Positions 1 to 11,185 of a stretch of DNA of 64,000 nucleotides are shown here, piece by piece. Location: the NCBI GenBank assembly GCA_973895155.1, contig OZ316899.1:6637241-6701240 (forward strand). Direction: 5' to 3'. The notes beneath the pieces are model-generated. The model searched no databases, was not told where the DNA came from, and worked only from the letters and a program-made list of their open reading frames with translations. Numbering within the stretch: position 1 is the first letter of the stretch; each line of letters begins with the position of its first letter. Made by a program: the position numbers and the translations under genes. Source of the stretch: Marsupella aquatica (Eukaryota > Plantae > Marchantiophyta).

Positions 1-822
1 CAATAAAGATTGGGAAGGGAGATGGATACTACAGACTTTGCACTGACATCGTGAAACTATTTTGCACCTCATTTTTACATGCCAATTTGTGGGTAGATGT
101 TGGGCTTTAGTTTTTAGGACTTTCCCAAACGTGATTAAGTGGCCAATATTTGGAATGTCGGCTCTAATGAAGGCTTTTGTGGGACACAGTATCGAGTGCT
201 CCCTGATTATTTTCATGGGGTACCAAGTATTATGGGCTATCTGGTTGGCAAGGAATGAGAACATGTTCAACGAAGGTAGTTCTAGGAGATTTTATCTGAA
301 TCTATTATTCTAAGAAATGTTGGATCAATTGTATGGCTGGTGCGGGGAATGGGGCCATAGCAAATGTCACACTTGGCTCCTAAGAGTGAAGGAAGAAGTG
401 GAAAAAAGAACGATTGTTTTGGGCTCCTTGGGCGAAGGCCCATTTTGCTCTACGGACTGTGCCCGCGGTTGGCATCATCAGGAGACTCATAGATTGTGTA
501 GGGCGTTGGGGGCTTCTGGTGCGTCCTCTGTCCCGGACCTCAGGTGGTGTGGCATGCTTGGTTCTTTTAGCGTGGAGGACTTGATAGGTTTTTGGAATGT
601 TGTGCCTCCGGGGCTGTGCCTGGTTGGCCAGTGTGCTTTGTGGCCCCAATATATCCATTCTTGGAGCTATGGATTTGAATAGTTTTTGACACAGATTGGG
701 AATTAGGTCTGGTTTGTCTTATAGGTGGGGTCTTCTTGGGTTGGTTCCTGCCCTATTTTGGGCCTTTGTTGCCTGTTGGGCCCCTTCCCGTGGGTGTTTG
801 CGGGTTTTGGGGGAAAAAAAAG
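1..822 (+). mobile_element. 3' end of a decayed L1-type LINE (ORF2 zf-RVT/C-terminal region, 3' UTR, short poly-A)
   Basis: Translation gives the zf-RVT-like 'LC....TILHLIFTCQFVGRCW' and 'VLWAIWLARNENMF' (W-x-IW-x-x-RN motif of plant L1 ORF2); A-run at ~814-822. Confidence 0.7.
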
Positions 823-2164
823 GAGTGCGGTGTGCTGATCACATCTGATTTAATTCCAGCATTACTCCTATGCGATGCAACAATCTCCATAGCCAAAAAA
901 TCCATGCAATCAGGGATTGAAGCTCACAACTACTCTCCATAGCTCCCTTCTGATTCATTGTTCCTTTGCACACATCGGTTCTCCTTTCTTTGTATCAGCA
1001 TCATGACTTGATCACATATATTAGCCAGCCAGTAGCCCACCATTAGCAACTTCTATTCTTCTCAATTTAGAGCTCATGCTCAACAACAGCCATAGCCCTC
1101 ACAAGAAATCAGTGCAACATCAATCAGGTTTGAGCTTCTCCATAGCAAATGTGTAGCATCCTTCTATCCTCCCTCACTCCCAACATCATTGAAATTTCTT
1201 CAGCAATGAGCGCTCTCTCTATGCAACGCTCCTCCCTTCAATAATAGCTCGCAGTCCCGCTTGCAGTTGCCTCACCTCTCCACAATAGCGAGTAGCCATG
1301 CTCGCAATTCAAGCAACAACTTTGCTACTTTCCTATCCAGATAGCAGAAATCAGCAATTTCTTGTCTCCTTTGCCTCCAATTAAGCTAAGCTCCCTTGTG
1401 ATCTTCCATTTGAGAGGGGTCAACTCTTCTTGTTCTTATCGGTAAATTTGTTGAGCTCCTTGATTTTGGGTTGTCATTCAATGTTGTGCTTCCAAGCTTC
1501 CCTGTCCTGATTGTAGTGGCGCCGCTAACTTTTAGTACTCCCTTTGATTCTACTTCTTGATTTAGTACTCTTCGTGCATCCTCCCTAGATTCTTCTTGTC
1601 TCTTATTCCTAATTTTTGTACCCCCGTATATTCTTGTGTCCTTATGAGAAGGACCCACGTGATGACATGTGGCCTTCTCACCAGACTCATATAGCATTCC
1701 ACCCTTTAGTAATTGAACCTGCGTCTTACTCCCATAGCATCCTGACTTGATGGTACTTATAACAAAATCCATACTTTGAAAATTCCTAACTCCAAGCTCC
1801 AACCTGAATTTTGGCTGAATTTGCCTTTGCCAGTGTGTCCTTTGAACCTAAGACTACCTACTATCTGAGTTGCAAGGTCTAACTCTACTTTGAGACTTTT
1901 CTATAATTCTGCTAAGCATACCATTTGTTAATTCTTCATTCTAAGTGCTTAAGCGACTAACTTAGCCCTCTGGGTTTTTACCTACTTAGTCCTACCTAGA
2001 CTATCTTGGCACTCACTACTTAGTCTCCTTGACCTTCTACTACCTACTTTGCATCCCCTTTTCTTACTCTATAACTACTTTACTCCTAATTGCGGTTACA
2101 TCTAACTCCAGTTACTCCATTTTTTACTCTAGTTAGTACGTATTACCTAGAGCGGCATCCGACA

Positions 2165-3902
2165 TAGCTCCCCTCTCAAGCGTGCAACGTCTGCGCAAAC
2201 ACTCAGTACTATGGCTTGAAATACTTCTTTAGCCGATCATAGTGTACTCGGATCGGATAGACCTCTCTAGTGATTGTGGCCACTTCTACCAATGAATCCA
2301 TTATCAAAAATTTGCTTGACCACATATTAAGGTCCCAACCAGCAAGTATGGAGCTTTTATGGGAAATGCTTCACCTTGTTGTCATACAAGAGAACAAGAT
2401 CGCCATTGACAACATTAACAGACCTCACCTTCTGATCATGATACTTCTTGTTGCAAACTGTTGCTTAGTCAGTGTCTCGGCTGCCTATTCTCTATTTTCT
2501 TCAAGTAGCTCCAGCTGATAGGTTTGTTCTTGCTGGCTGTCCACTTCCTCCATCCTGTTAGAGTTCGTCAAGTGGATACTGCAAACTTCACTAGTACTAC
2601 TACATTCTGGCCAAAAATAAGATAATACAGAATATGGCCTGTTGTAGTCTTGTATGCAAGATTTTATGATTATATAGTGGAATATAGCTTGTAGTCCCAC
2701 TCACTCTTGTGATTGCCTATTGTGGTATTGAGGATCCTTCTGATGATGCCATTAGCTTGCTCAATCAATCCATTGGCCTTTGGATGATAGGGTGTAGTCT
2801 TCCTATGATTCACCAAGTAATTTGTTGTAAGCTCTTCAATCACTACATTTAGGAAATGAGTGCCTTGGTCACTTACCAGCTCCAATGGTGGTCCAAAATG
2901 AGTAAAGATTTGTTCATACAATTTTTTTTTGTAGTTGCAGGATCATTTTTCATAGTTGATAGAGGCTCGACCCACCTAGTAGCATAGTCAGTGGCCAATA
3001 TGATGTACCTGCACCTTCTCCTCTGAGTCACAAAAGTGATGGGTCCCATGAAGTCAATTCCCCATTTTTCAAATGGTGCTAGTGGCAGAATTGGATTCAA
3101 GGGACAATGCCCTGACATCCTTGTCTTCCCACTCGTTGGCATGCATCACATCTTTGAATAAAAAGAGCCACATCACGGTGTAGTGTCGGCCACTAGTACC
3201 CTGCATGTAGAATCTTCCTTGCCATTAAACGGCAACATAGTGCCCTCCTGCCTCTTCCTCATGCAGTGCTCTCATCACCACAAGAATCTGCTTTTCCTCC
3301 AAGCATTGACAGATTGTGCTGTCAGCTCCCTACTTGTGAAGAACATTGTTGAGCAGCATGGATGGTGCTGCTTTCTGCAAAAATACAACAACTTCTTTTG
3401 CATTCAAACTCTCAGACATCGTGTCGGTTGTCAGGATACCATGTTCTCTAGCTGAAATGTGGTACAGTAAAGCTTCATCAGGAAACTGATTTGTTATCGG
3501 CTCTTCTTCTGTGGGCTGTCCATCAATGCAAGAAACGAAATCAGCATTTCCATGCTTCTTCCCTGGTCTCACTCAGACTTCATAGTTAAACTCCTACAAT
3601 AACAAGACCCATCTTGCTATCATACCGGTCAAATTAGGCTTGTTTACCATGTACTTCAGTGCATTGTGGTCTATGTGGAAGATTACCTTGTAGCCTAATA
3701 GATAGTTCTTGAATTTCTTACATGTGTAAATGGTTCCTAGAGCTTCTCTACTAGTAGTCGAGTAATTCTTCCTTGCGGCCATGAGTAGTCTACAAGCAAA
3801 ATATATTGGATGATCTTTTGCTTGCTCATCTAGTTGACTCAGTACTACTCCAATACATAATCCTGATACATTGACAAATACATGAAACTCCTTGCTCCAA
3901 TC
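2165..3902 (-). pseudogene. Ty3/Gypsy element 1: decayed RNase H-integrase end of pol plus polypurine tract (PPT); the 3' LTR starts at 2164 and runs leftward (far end not resolved)
   Basis: ORF fragments PDWSKEFHVFVNVSG, HPIYFACR, PFEKWGIDFMGP, LVSDQGTHF, TTPYHPKANG with stops and frameshifts; minus strand reads GAGAGGGGAGCTA|TGTCGG (PPT then TG). Confidence 0.9.
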
Positions 3903-4558
3903 GGGGAATTTACAAACGATAGCAAACAGATAACAGTAACAGCAAATAGTTATTGTTATCAACAAAAAGAAACTGTTACCAATGAACAGTGTTTGGGTAG
4001 CAGTGAACAGTGATCATGAAAAAAGTGGACAAAAGATGCTTTCAAACTACTGGTATAGAAATCAAGACGATTAAATTCGCGTGAAAGGAAATTGGACTAG
4101 ACGGAATCATGTATTTACAACAAATAAAACCGTCTCACAATTGAGATAAACAAAATCCGAGACCAATATATGTCAAAATGCGCAGGGAAAAAATAAAACT
4201 GCCATACATAATCGCAAAGTACATAACGCGTTCGGCGTAGGTCCAAAAAACGCACATATAAGTTAAAACTTGCAGGCCTAGAAATCTGATATACAGAAGC
4301 CACGGTCGACCCCGGCTGAGGATTTCCAGTAAAACAAAAGCAGCGCTGGGCGCTAGCCAACAACTGCAAGAAAAACTATGGAATTCCTGAAGACAACATC
4401 CGGGAAAAACCCTAACAACAAAGCCGAGGGCGACTCCATCCCGAAACATCGAAAGAGCTTAAGCAGCGCTCGGCGCTAGCTTAAAGTGATCACCAAACTG
4501 AACAATGTGATGCCGTTCTTCGTGAAAAACGGGAGGAACAACAAATAAGTGATTGCAT

Positions 4559-5020
4559 CTAGCTTTCTGAATTGCAATCATCCTCCACTCCTGCTGCTTC
4601 TCTCCTCCAATTTTTCTTGAATCCAAGACCACGCAATCGAATGTATCTCTCAGAAGGACCCCAACGCACTGCCCTCGTATAAGTTTCATTGGGAATGTTA
4701 CTGTCCTTAAAGTCAACTTGCCCAAACATTTCTTGAACTCTCCTATCGATTGGCAGTACACCATCAACAGGAACAGCCTGATGAGACGAGAACCTGCTTG
4801 CAAATGGGAGCGGTGGAGAATCGACGATCCACGAGATGTTCTTTTCTCCAAGACTAATAGTCTCATCATACGATAGAGCGTGACGGTTCCGGAAAGTAGA
4901 GGTTTCAGTCTCTTCAGTATCCATCCGTGACTCAAAAGAATTGAAATGGCTCTCTTCTGGACGCACACGAGAAGGGAGGAACGCTGCCTCCCAATCCATG
5001 AGCTCACCGTTTCTCTCCAT
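4559..5020 (-). CDS. Hypothetical ~150-aa ORF inside the MULE (possible third gene)
   Basis: Uninterrupted frame from ATG (MERNGELMDWEAAF...) to the stop at 4559, within ORF 4559..5266; no recognisable domain. Confidence 0.3.
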   Translation of the reverse strand: MERNGELMDWEAAFLPSRVRPEESHFNSFESRMDTEETETSTFRNRHALSYDETISLGEKNISWIVDSPPLPFASRFSSHQAVPVDGVLPIDRRVQEMFGQVDFKDSNIPNETYTRAVRWGPSERYIRLRGLGFKKNWRREAAGVEDDCNSES

Positions 5021-7962
5021 GTTTAATAAATCTGATCTAGTGGCAACTTCCCCTCTGAAAAAATGTGAAAACTGTACGCAAAAGGTCCTCAAAGGTCCGA
5101 AAATGGTCGTGGGTCCCAAAGATCTTGTCTGGGAGAAATATCTCCCGCAAAACACCCAAAATGTATCTCCCGCAAAGGGGCCGCAAACGGGTGTCGGTCC
5201 CAAATTAGTCGCCTGTCCAAAAACTTGTCGTCCGTGACAAGTGTCATCCTTGAAAACTGTCGTCAAAAAGAGATCCTAAAATGTCGTCCGAGAGAGATGC
5301 CGTCAACAAGAGATCCAAAAATGTCGTGCAAAAAAGCTGTCAACAAGAGATCCGAATGTCATCCTAGAGATCCAAAAATGTCGTCCGAATACAGTCGATG
5401 TGGGTTTCTTTGGAAAACTAACGGACCTAAATGAAATGGCCGTTGGTATCCGAAACGTATATTATACTATGTATTGACTACTATTTGTCTCATTCTGATG
5501 ACCGTTGGTAGGACACGACAAAGACCAAACGGCCATGTTACACAAATAAGAGCCAGAAATATTCACTTTATGAATCACCATTTGGCGAGCGCCTGGCGCT
5601 TGTAAAAAACACAAGGAATCAGACATTAATTTATAAGGACTCAATGAGAGGATTTGAATATAAGTTAGTACTAGCGCCAGGCGCTGGTAAAAAAATACTC
5701 CCTAAATTCCTCAATACGTGTCACAATTTTGCAGATTCTGATTCGGAACCAGAATCTGTACTCTCGGATTTGTCCGTGGACACAGCCTCATCATCTACGT
5801 ACTGGCTGCGGGAGAAGTCATCGACATAAGGATGTTTAATGAACTTCCTGTCAACACCCCTTCGTAACCGAAGACCTTTGTTTTCCCAGCAAAGCGTCCT
5901 TGTACTCTCGGCTTTCCTTGCGGCTTTCTCTGCATAGGAGGGAAGAACAAAAGGTTTTTCTGGTGTTTCTATGTTGTGTCTAGCAACCCTCCTTTGCAGT
6001 TTTAAACGTCTCCTTGCATTCCACTCTGACCTGATCAAACAAAATCCAGGAAGTTATGTGCCTTTCTCCAAAACACCACAGAAATGTTATAAATTGACGG
6101 GAATGGAGAAAGAAGCTTACAAGTTTATGAACATTACTCGGAAGAGTCATCACTATTGGTTTCATCAGGAGATCGACGAGGTTCTTCCTTTTCCTCCTCC
6201 GAGTCCCCTGTACCTTGTTCCTCTCCATCTCCACCTTCACTGGACTCATCATCAGAATCAAAATTGAGTACCGATCGAAGCTTATCTTGCTTCTTTCTGT
6301 CGGCAATAGGAATAGGTGGAGGTAAAACCGCAATCTCTTTGGGAGACAACAAATCCATGAAAACCTTCGAAGTGGTTTCAATAAATTCTTTTCTATGTTC
6401 TATCCCGAGCACAAACCTCCCGGAGAAGTCTCCAGCAATGAAGGAGCTTCCAGCCCCAGCGGTCCAATCCATAAAAATATCACGAGGTCGGGTGACAAGC
6501 TCAATGACAGATTGCATAAACCCAACAAACAGGCGAGCATTTCCAGAAAACTCCATTTGCGGGAATGGATTGGATTTGAGAGAAGGGAGTCCGATGCCAA
6601 ATTGGTGACCGAGGGGTCCTCACTGATGGAGAGTGGACGGAATTTAGGGTCTTTGGGAATTTTGCATTTCCCATGAATTCGACCGATTATGTCCAACCTG
6701 AGGGTAAACATCTGCGGAAAGCAATCCCAGGTGTCAGTTGGCAACTCCAGGTTAAACGAGTTATATTTCAAAATGCGACATAGTTAAGAGTACAAGATTA
6801 CCTGACGGTCTGTCTTTGCCGCGTACATCGGGACAGACATTACAACATTATGCGTGCATATGCACTGAAATTTTCTCGATTTGTGACAGGCAGCAATGAC
6901 TTGAGACATGGGATCATACTCCCCATTGTGTAGAATTGCAAGGAATCCATCATCTGATAGAAATGGATCCATGGACTTGAAAAAAGATCTAGCCATGGAG
7001 TGATCTGGAGTGTTCCATTTAGGAACCTTCTTATCTATGATCGTTGGTTTGAACCCGGTCGGTAGGTAAATGAAACCCGCATCCACTCCAAATGATCTTT
7101 CTTTTCCTCCCCGCACAACACCCTTCTCTTTATATCCTGACTTAACGAGATCCTTCCCCCACTTCTCCACATTACTAACCCATTCAGGTTTTTCCCCCTT
7201 GTTGAAAGTGGAGTCAAAAAATTTGGATATGCTTGTCTCAACCATGGCATGACGAGACACTCTAGTTTTGAAGTTTCCAACTTCACGTTGGACACCAGAT
7301 GCTGCAACACTCTCCCTTGAAGAAGGTCCACCTTCGATAGCTCTCTTTCATTTCTTCCTGGTACTTGTGGCGTCAACCGGAACTATTACCTTCCCCTTGT
7401 CGACAGGAGTAATGAGGTCCGATCGAGCTCCGGTGTTTGCCTCAGAAACTTCAGGTGTAGCATCCACTTTAGTATCTCCTGTTCCCGCAGTATTAGACTT
7501 CCTCCCTCCTAAATTACCAATAGGTCCTAGTTAGAACAAGTAAATCCTGAGTATTCAAACAAGCTAGCGCCAGGCGCTAACCAAATGCAAATCACTTAGG
7601 TTACAACAAAGGCTTAGGAATGTAGAAAGAAATGTGAATTCGCATGACAGTTCAAGCTAGCGCCAGGCGCTGGCCAAACTAGGGAACACTATACTCACTT
7701 TTCCTCCCAGATTTTGTTGACTCGCTTGGTGCTACTAACTCCGCTTTTGCTTTCGCTCGAGGTTTGCGACTTTGGTCCACATGAACAATAGTCGTTTCAC
7801 AGATACTTTGCAAGTCAGTGGCAGACTTGTCTACATCGTCTAGCAGGCCCTGCTTCATGTTGGACACAATTTTTGCTGGTATGTGGGACTTTGAAAGCTT
7901 ATGGAATGCATCTTTCTCCCTTTGATCAAAAGGAGAATCCCATCTATCTGTATCTAGATACC

Positions 7963-10900
7963 TGTGATGCCTAGCCAGGAATCACTAAGAAGATCTTGAA
8001 GGAGGAACAGTAGGTGATCGGCGTGGGAAGCGTGTCCCGGCTTGGCTATCACATGCCGCTGTTGTACCGGTATGCCAGAAGTCAAATCTTTGCCCCAGTA
8101 CTTCCCCTATCGGCAAGGGCACCAGAGGAGGTCCCGGAGTAGAGGCCGGCACTAGAGAAGCCCAACCAGCCCGACAGTCCAACGATCGAGCAGGTGTTTA
8201 GGCCAAGGAAAGAAGACTTGCCGATGCAGCAACCAGGCATGCAAAATCTGTTGAAATTGCTGGAGAAGGAAAAGAGAACAGTTTTGGCAATGGCAACGGC
8301 AACGGCACCGATACAGGACGCTGTCCCAGAAGTCAACCTAAGCCGACTCAGAAGGGAAGACCCCTTTACCGGAACCAAGGAGAGATTGAGGCCGGAACAC
8401 AAGCCGGGAGTGCGAATGTACGTGGGAGCCTCAAGCCCCAAATCAGAGGCAGAGGAGCCGGGAGTCCAAGTAGTGGAGGAGGCGTGGAGGACTATAGCAA
8501 TGATAACTCCGGCTATGGGTCGGATCATCATGTTCCAAGAGTAAGGACTTGTGGCCGATTTATCCCCACGCTTCCAAGAGTAGTTCGAGGGGACCCCACC
8601 CAGCAGAGTAACCCCGAGTCTCCCCCACCAGAGGTTGCTCCCCCGAGCTTTGACGGCATAAAGCAGACGACACAAGAATTTCAGGAGCAACTTAGGGAGG
8701 AAGAGAGAGCAGCCCTGGCTAGGGAGAAGGATTTACCAAGAGGAGATTGGCCGGAGGACATCAGGCGGCTTGCCGAAAAAAGAAGCAACCCTCTCGCCAC
8801 CGTAGAAGAAATCCGCAAGATGGCTTGGGAGCAGAGGCCGCGGTGGTTGATGCCGATGACTTCTAGTTACTCCACCTATGCTAAGGATAGAGCCATGGAG
8901 TACGGGGAGATGTGTGGGGACCTGGCGCTCAGCATCTTTGGGGAGGAGTTGGAGCAGGGACCCTTTTTCCAAAGGGAGATGTTGGAAAAGCACCGATTAG
9001 AAGAAGCGGTGGCTTTGGAAAGAAGCAAGAAGGACGAGGTCATCCGGCGGCTTAGAGAGAAGGAAGCCGAGGTGGAAGACCTGCAGGTGGCCAAGGAAGC
9101 CCAAGATGAGTTGCGGATTAAGCGGCATGAGCTAAACATCATGCAGGGGTAGTTGGATACTGCTCAGTCTGACAATCAGATTATCAAAGATAAACTGACT
9201 CGGACCCAAGGAGAGTTGGCCGGCGCAATCAAGGAGAGAGAGAAATGGAAGCGGGAGCTAAGGGATGCAGAGGAAGCCCACTTAGCAACCAACAATCGGG
9301 CCATGGCGGAGATTCAGAGAAGGGAGAGGGCGTTGAAAGGAGAGCTCGAAGATATCCGTGGAGCCCTTGAGCAGAAGGAAGTAGAGTTAGGGAAATCCTA
9401 TCAAGGGATTATTGCGCAGCAGCAGGAGCTTGCGTCCCTGACGGCCAGCTTCAAGGCCGACCTGCGTGAAAAGGATGACCAGCTTGACCAGACTTATGCC
9501 AAGATGAATAAGATGGAGTCTGTGGTCGTCGCAGAGCTCGACAAGGAGCTAAGAGCAACCCAGGAGGAGAGGGCTACCTTGAAAAAAGAATTGGAGGAAG
9601 CCAATAAGGACCTGGAGGAGGCGTGCAAGGACCTGGACGAGACCCAGGAGGAGTTGGAGGAAATCACGAGGAAGATGGAGAACCTACAGCGGCGGGCCGA
9701 CAACCAAACGGAGCGGCTGAAGACACAAGCCACAGTATTTAAATGCTTGGCTTCATCAGGTCCAACTCCAATTGGGGGAACCCAGTTACCAGGGGTAGTA
9801 TTGGCCAAAGGACAAGCCGTAACACTCACCCCGGTGCCAAAGGTAAGTGGCAAGGGGAAGGAACCGGCTGTCGAAATAGGGAAGAAGAAGAAGCGGAAAC
9901 CTTCTAGGTCTGGGAGTTATACGGCTTTTCAAGCCGTTGTGACCAAGAAGATAATCCCGGCACCAACCTCCAGCATCGGCACGGCGGTGGATCCACTAGT
10001 CCTAGGAAGTGGAGATGGCAAGGCCGAGGCCGGGAGAACCAGTAATGCTGCCGAGGTACCGGATCCTCCACTAGAACATACCGGGGAGGCCGTAGCCGTA
10101 GCAAAGGCCGTGACCGATGCTGAGACCAAGGCCGATGGTGGACCCAGTCAGGCCGATGAAGAGTTGACTCGGTCAGGGGCAAGTAATCTGTCAGAGGACG
10201 GACCAATGGCAGTGGCTTCGGAGGAAGCGTTGGAGGCGTCCATTGAGGACCAGCCACCGGTGTCGTGATGGTGTAAGGGCGCCGTCCCTTTTAGGGAGGG
10301 TGGACGTGGAGGTAGGAGGCGTGAGTGGGCAGGGCAGGCGCTGATCTCCAAGTTTAGACTTAGGATCAGGAGACGGCCCTGACACTTAGATTAGTGGGAT
10401 TTCGGATCCACGGGTGTGGACGACACTTGTACTCCTGCCTCGCTGTACTTAGGTAGATTACAATTAGGTAGATTACAGTAGGTAGATTAGGCTTACGCTG
10501 CAAGGAATCAGGCGGATCCACAACCAGGATAAGTACCTGGGCTGCTGGGAGTTGAGGGCCTCTTCTTTAGCAAGTTTCTAGTTGCACCAGCAGGGCTGGG
10601 ATCAAGTAGTAAGAGAAGCTCTCGGTTAGTTATACAGTGACCCTTGTGTATATTCATGTTTCCTCATACTTAAGAACTGAATAGAGTTGGCCTCACGGCT
10701 TAGTTCGCAGAGCTTGTGTATGAGATGTACTGTTTGTATGGCAAGTGCATGGTATAACTCAGTCAGAAGGAGTCATTTTGCTATTTGTGTGTCACATTAA
10801 CTTGTGTGAAGAGTGCCCACATCAACTAATAGAGGAATAGAAGTAAGCAGGGGAGTGAGAGTTGGATGTGTCGAGCTGAGAGAGGTCTTAGCGGCTTAAC

Positions 10901-11185
10901 CAAGCCAATTGGGGATCATTCCGGCGGCGGAATCCAAACATACCTAATGGAAGACCAGGAGAGGAATACAAGGGAGGGACTAGAATAGGCCGGTTAAGTA
11001 TCTCATGACCCGATGAAGGATCTGTCCAGTATATGTGTGTAAAATGTTAATAGAAGTAGTTGAAGGAGAGTTAGCAGCGTCCCATGCCGCTAAACCGCGG
11101 AAACGGCCTCGCCAAGGACGAAACCTGCGGGAATCGGCTTGAGCAAGGGGGTTTCTTGGGTTTGGGAGGCAGGGGATGCACCACA
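7963..11185 (+). mobile_element. Solo LTR (3223 bp) of a Ty3/Gypsy family, inserted in exon 2 of the ParB-MTase gene
   Basis: Termini TGTGATGC...GCACCACA; 5-bp TSD ATACC at 7958-7962 and 11186-11190; removal restores the frame HCPWY-LDTDRWDSPF; homologous to the LTR at 53351-59511. Confidence 0.92.
8221..10268 (+). pseudogene. LTR-encoded coiled-coil protein (~680 codons; one frameshift near 8490, one in-frame TAG at 9150-9152)
   Basis: ORFs 8194..8544, 8484..9152 and 9153..10268 are colinear and E/K/L/R-rich; clear protein similarity to ORF pieces at 58034-54259. Confidence 0.65.
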
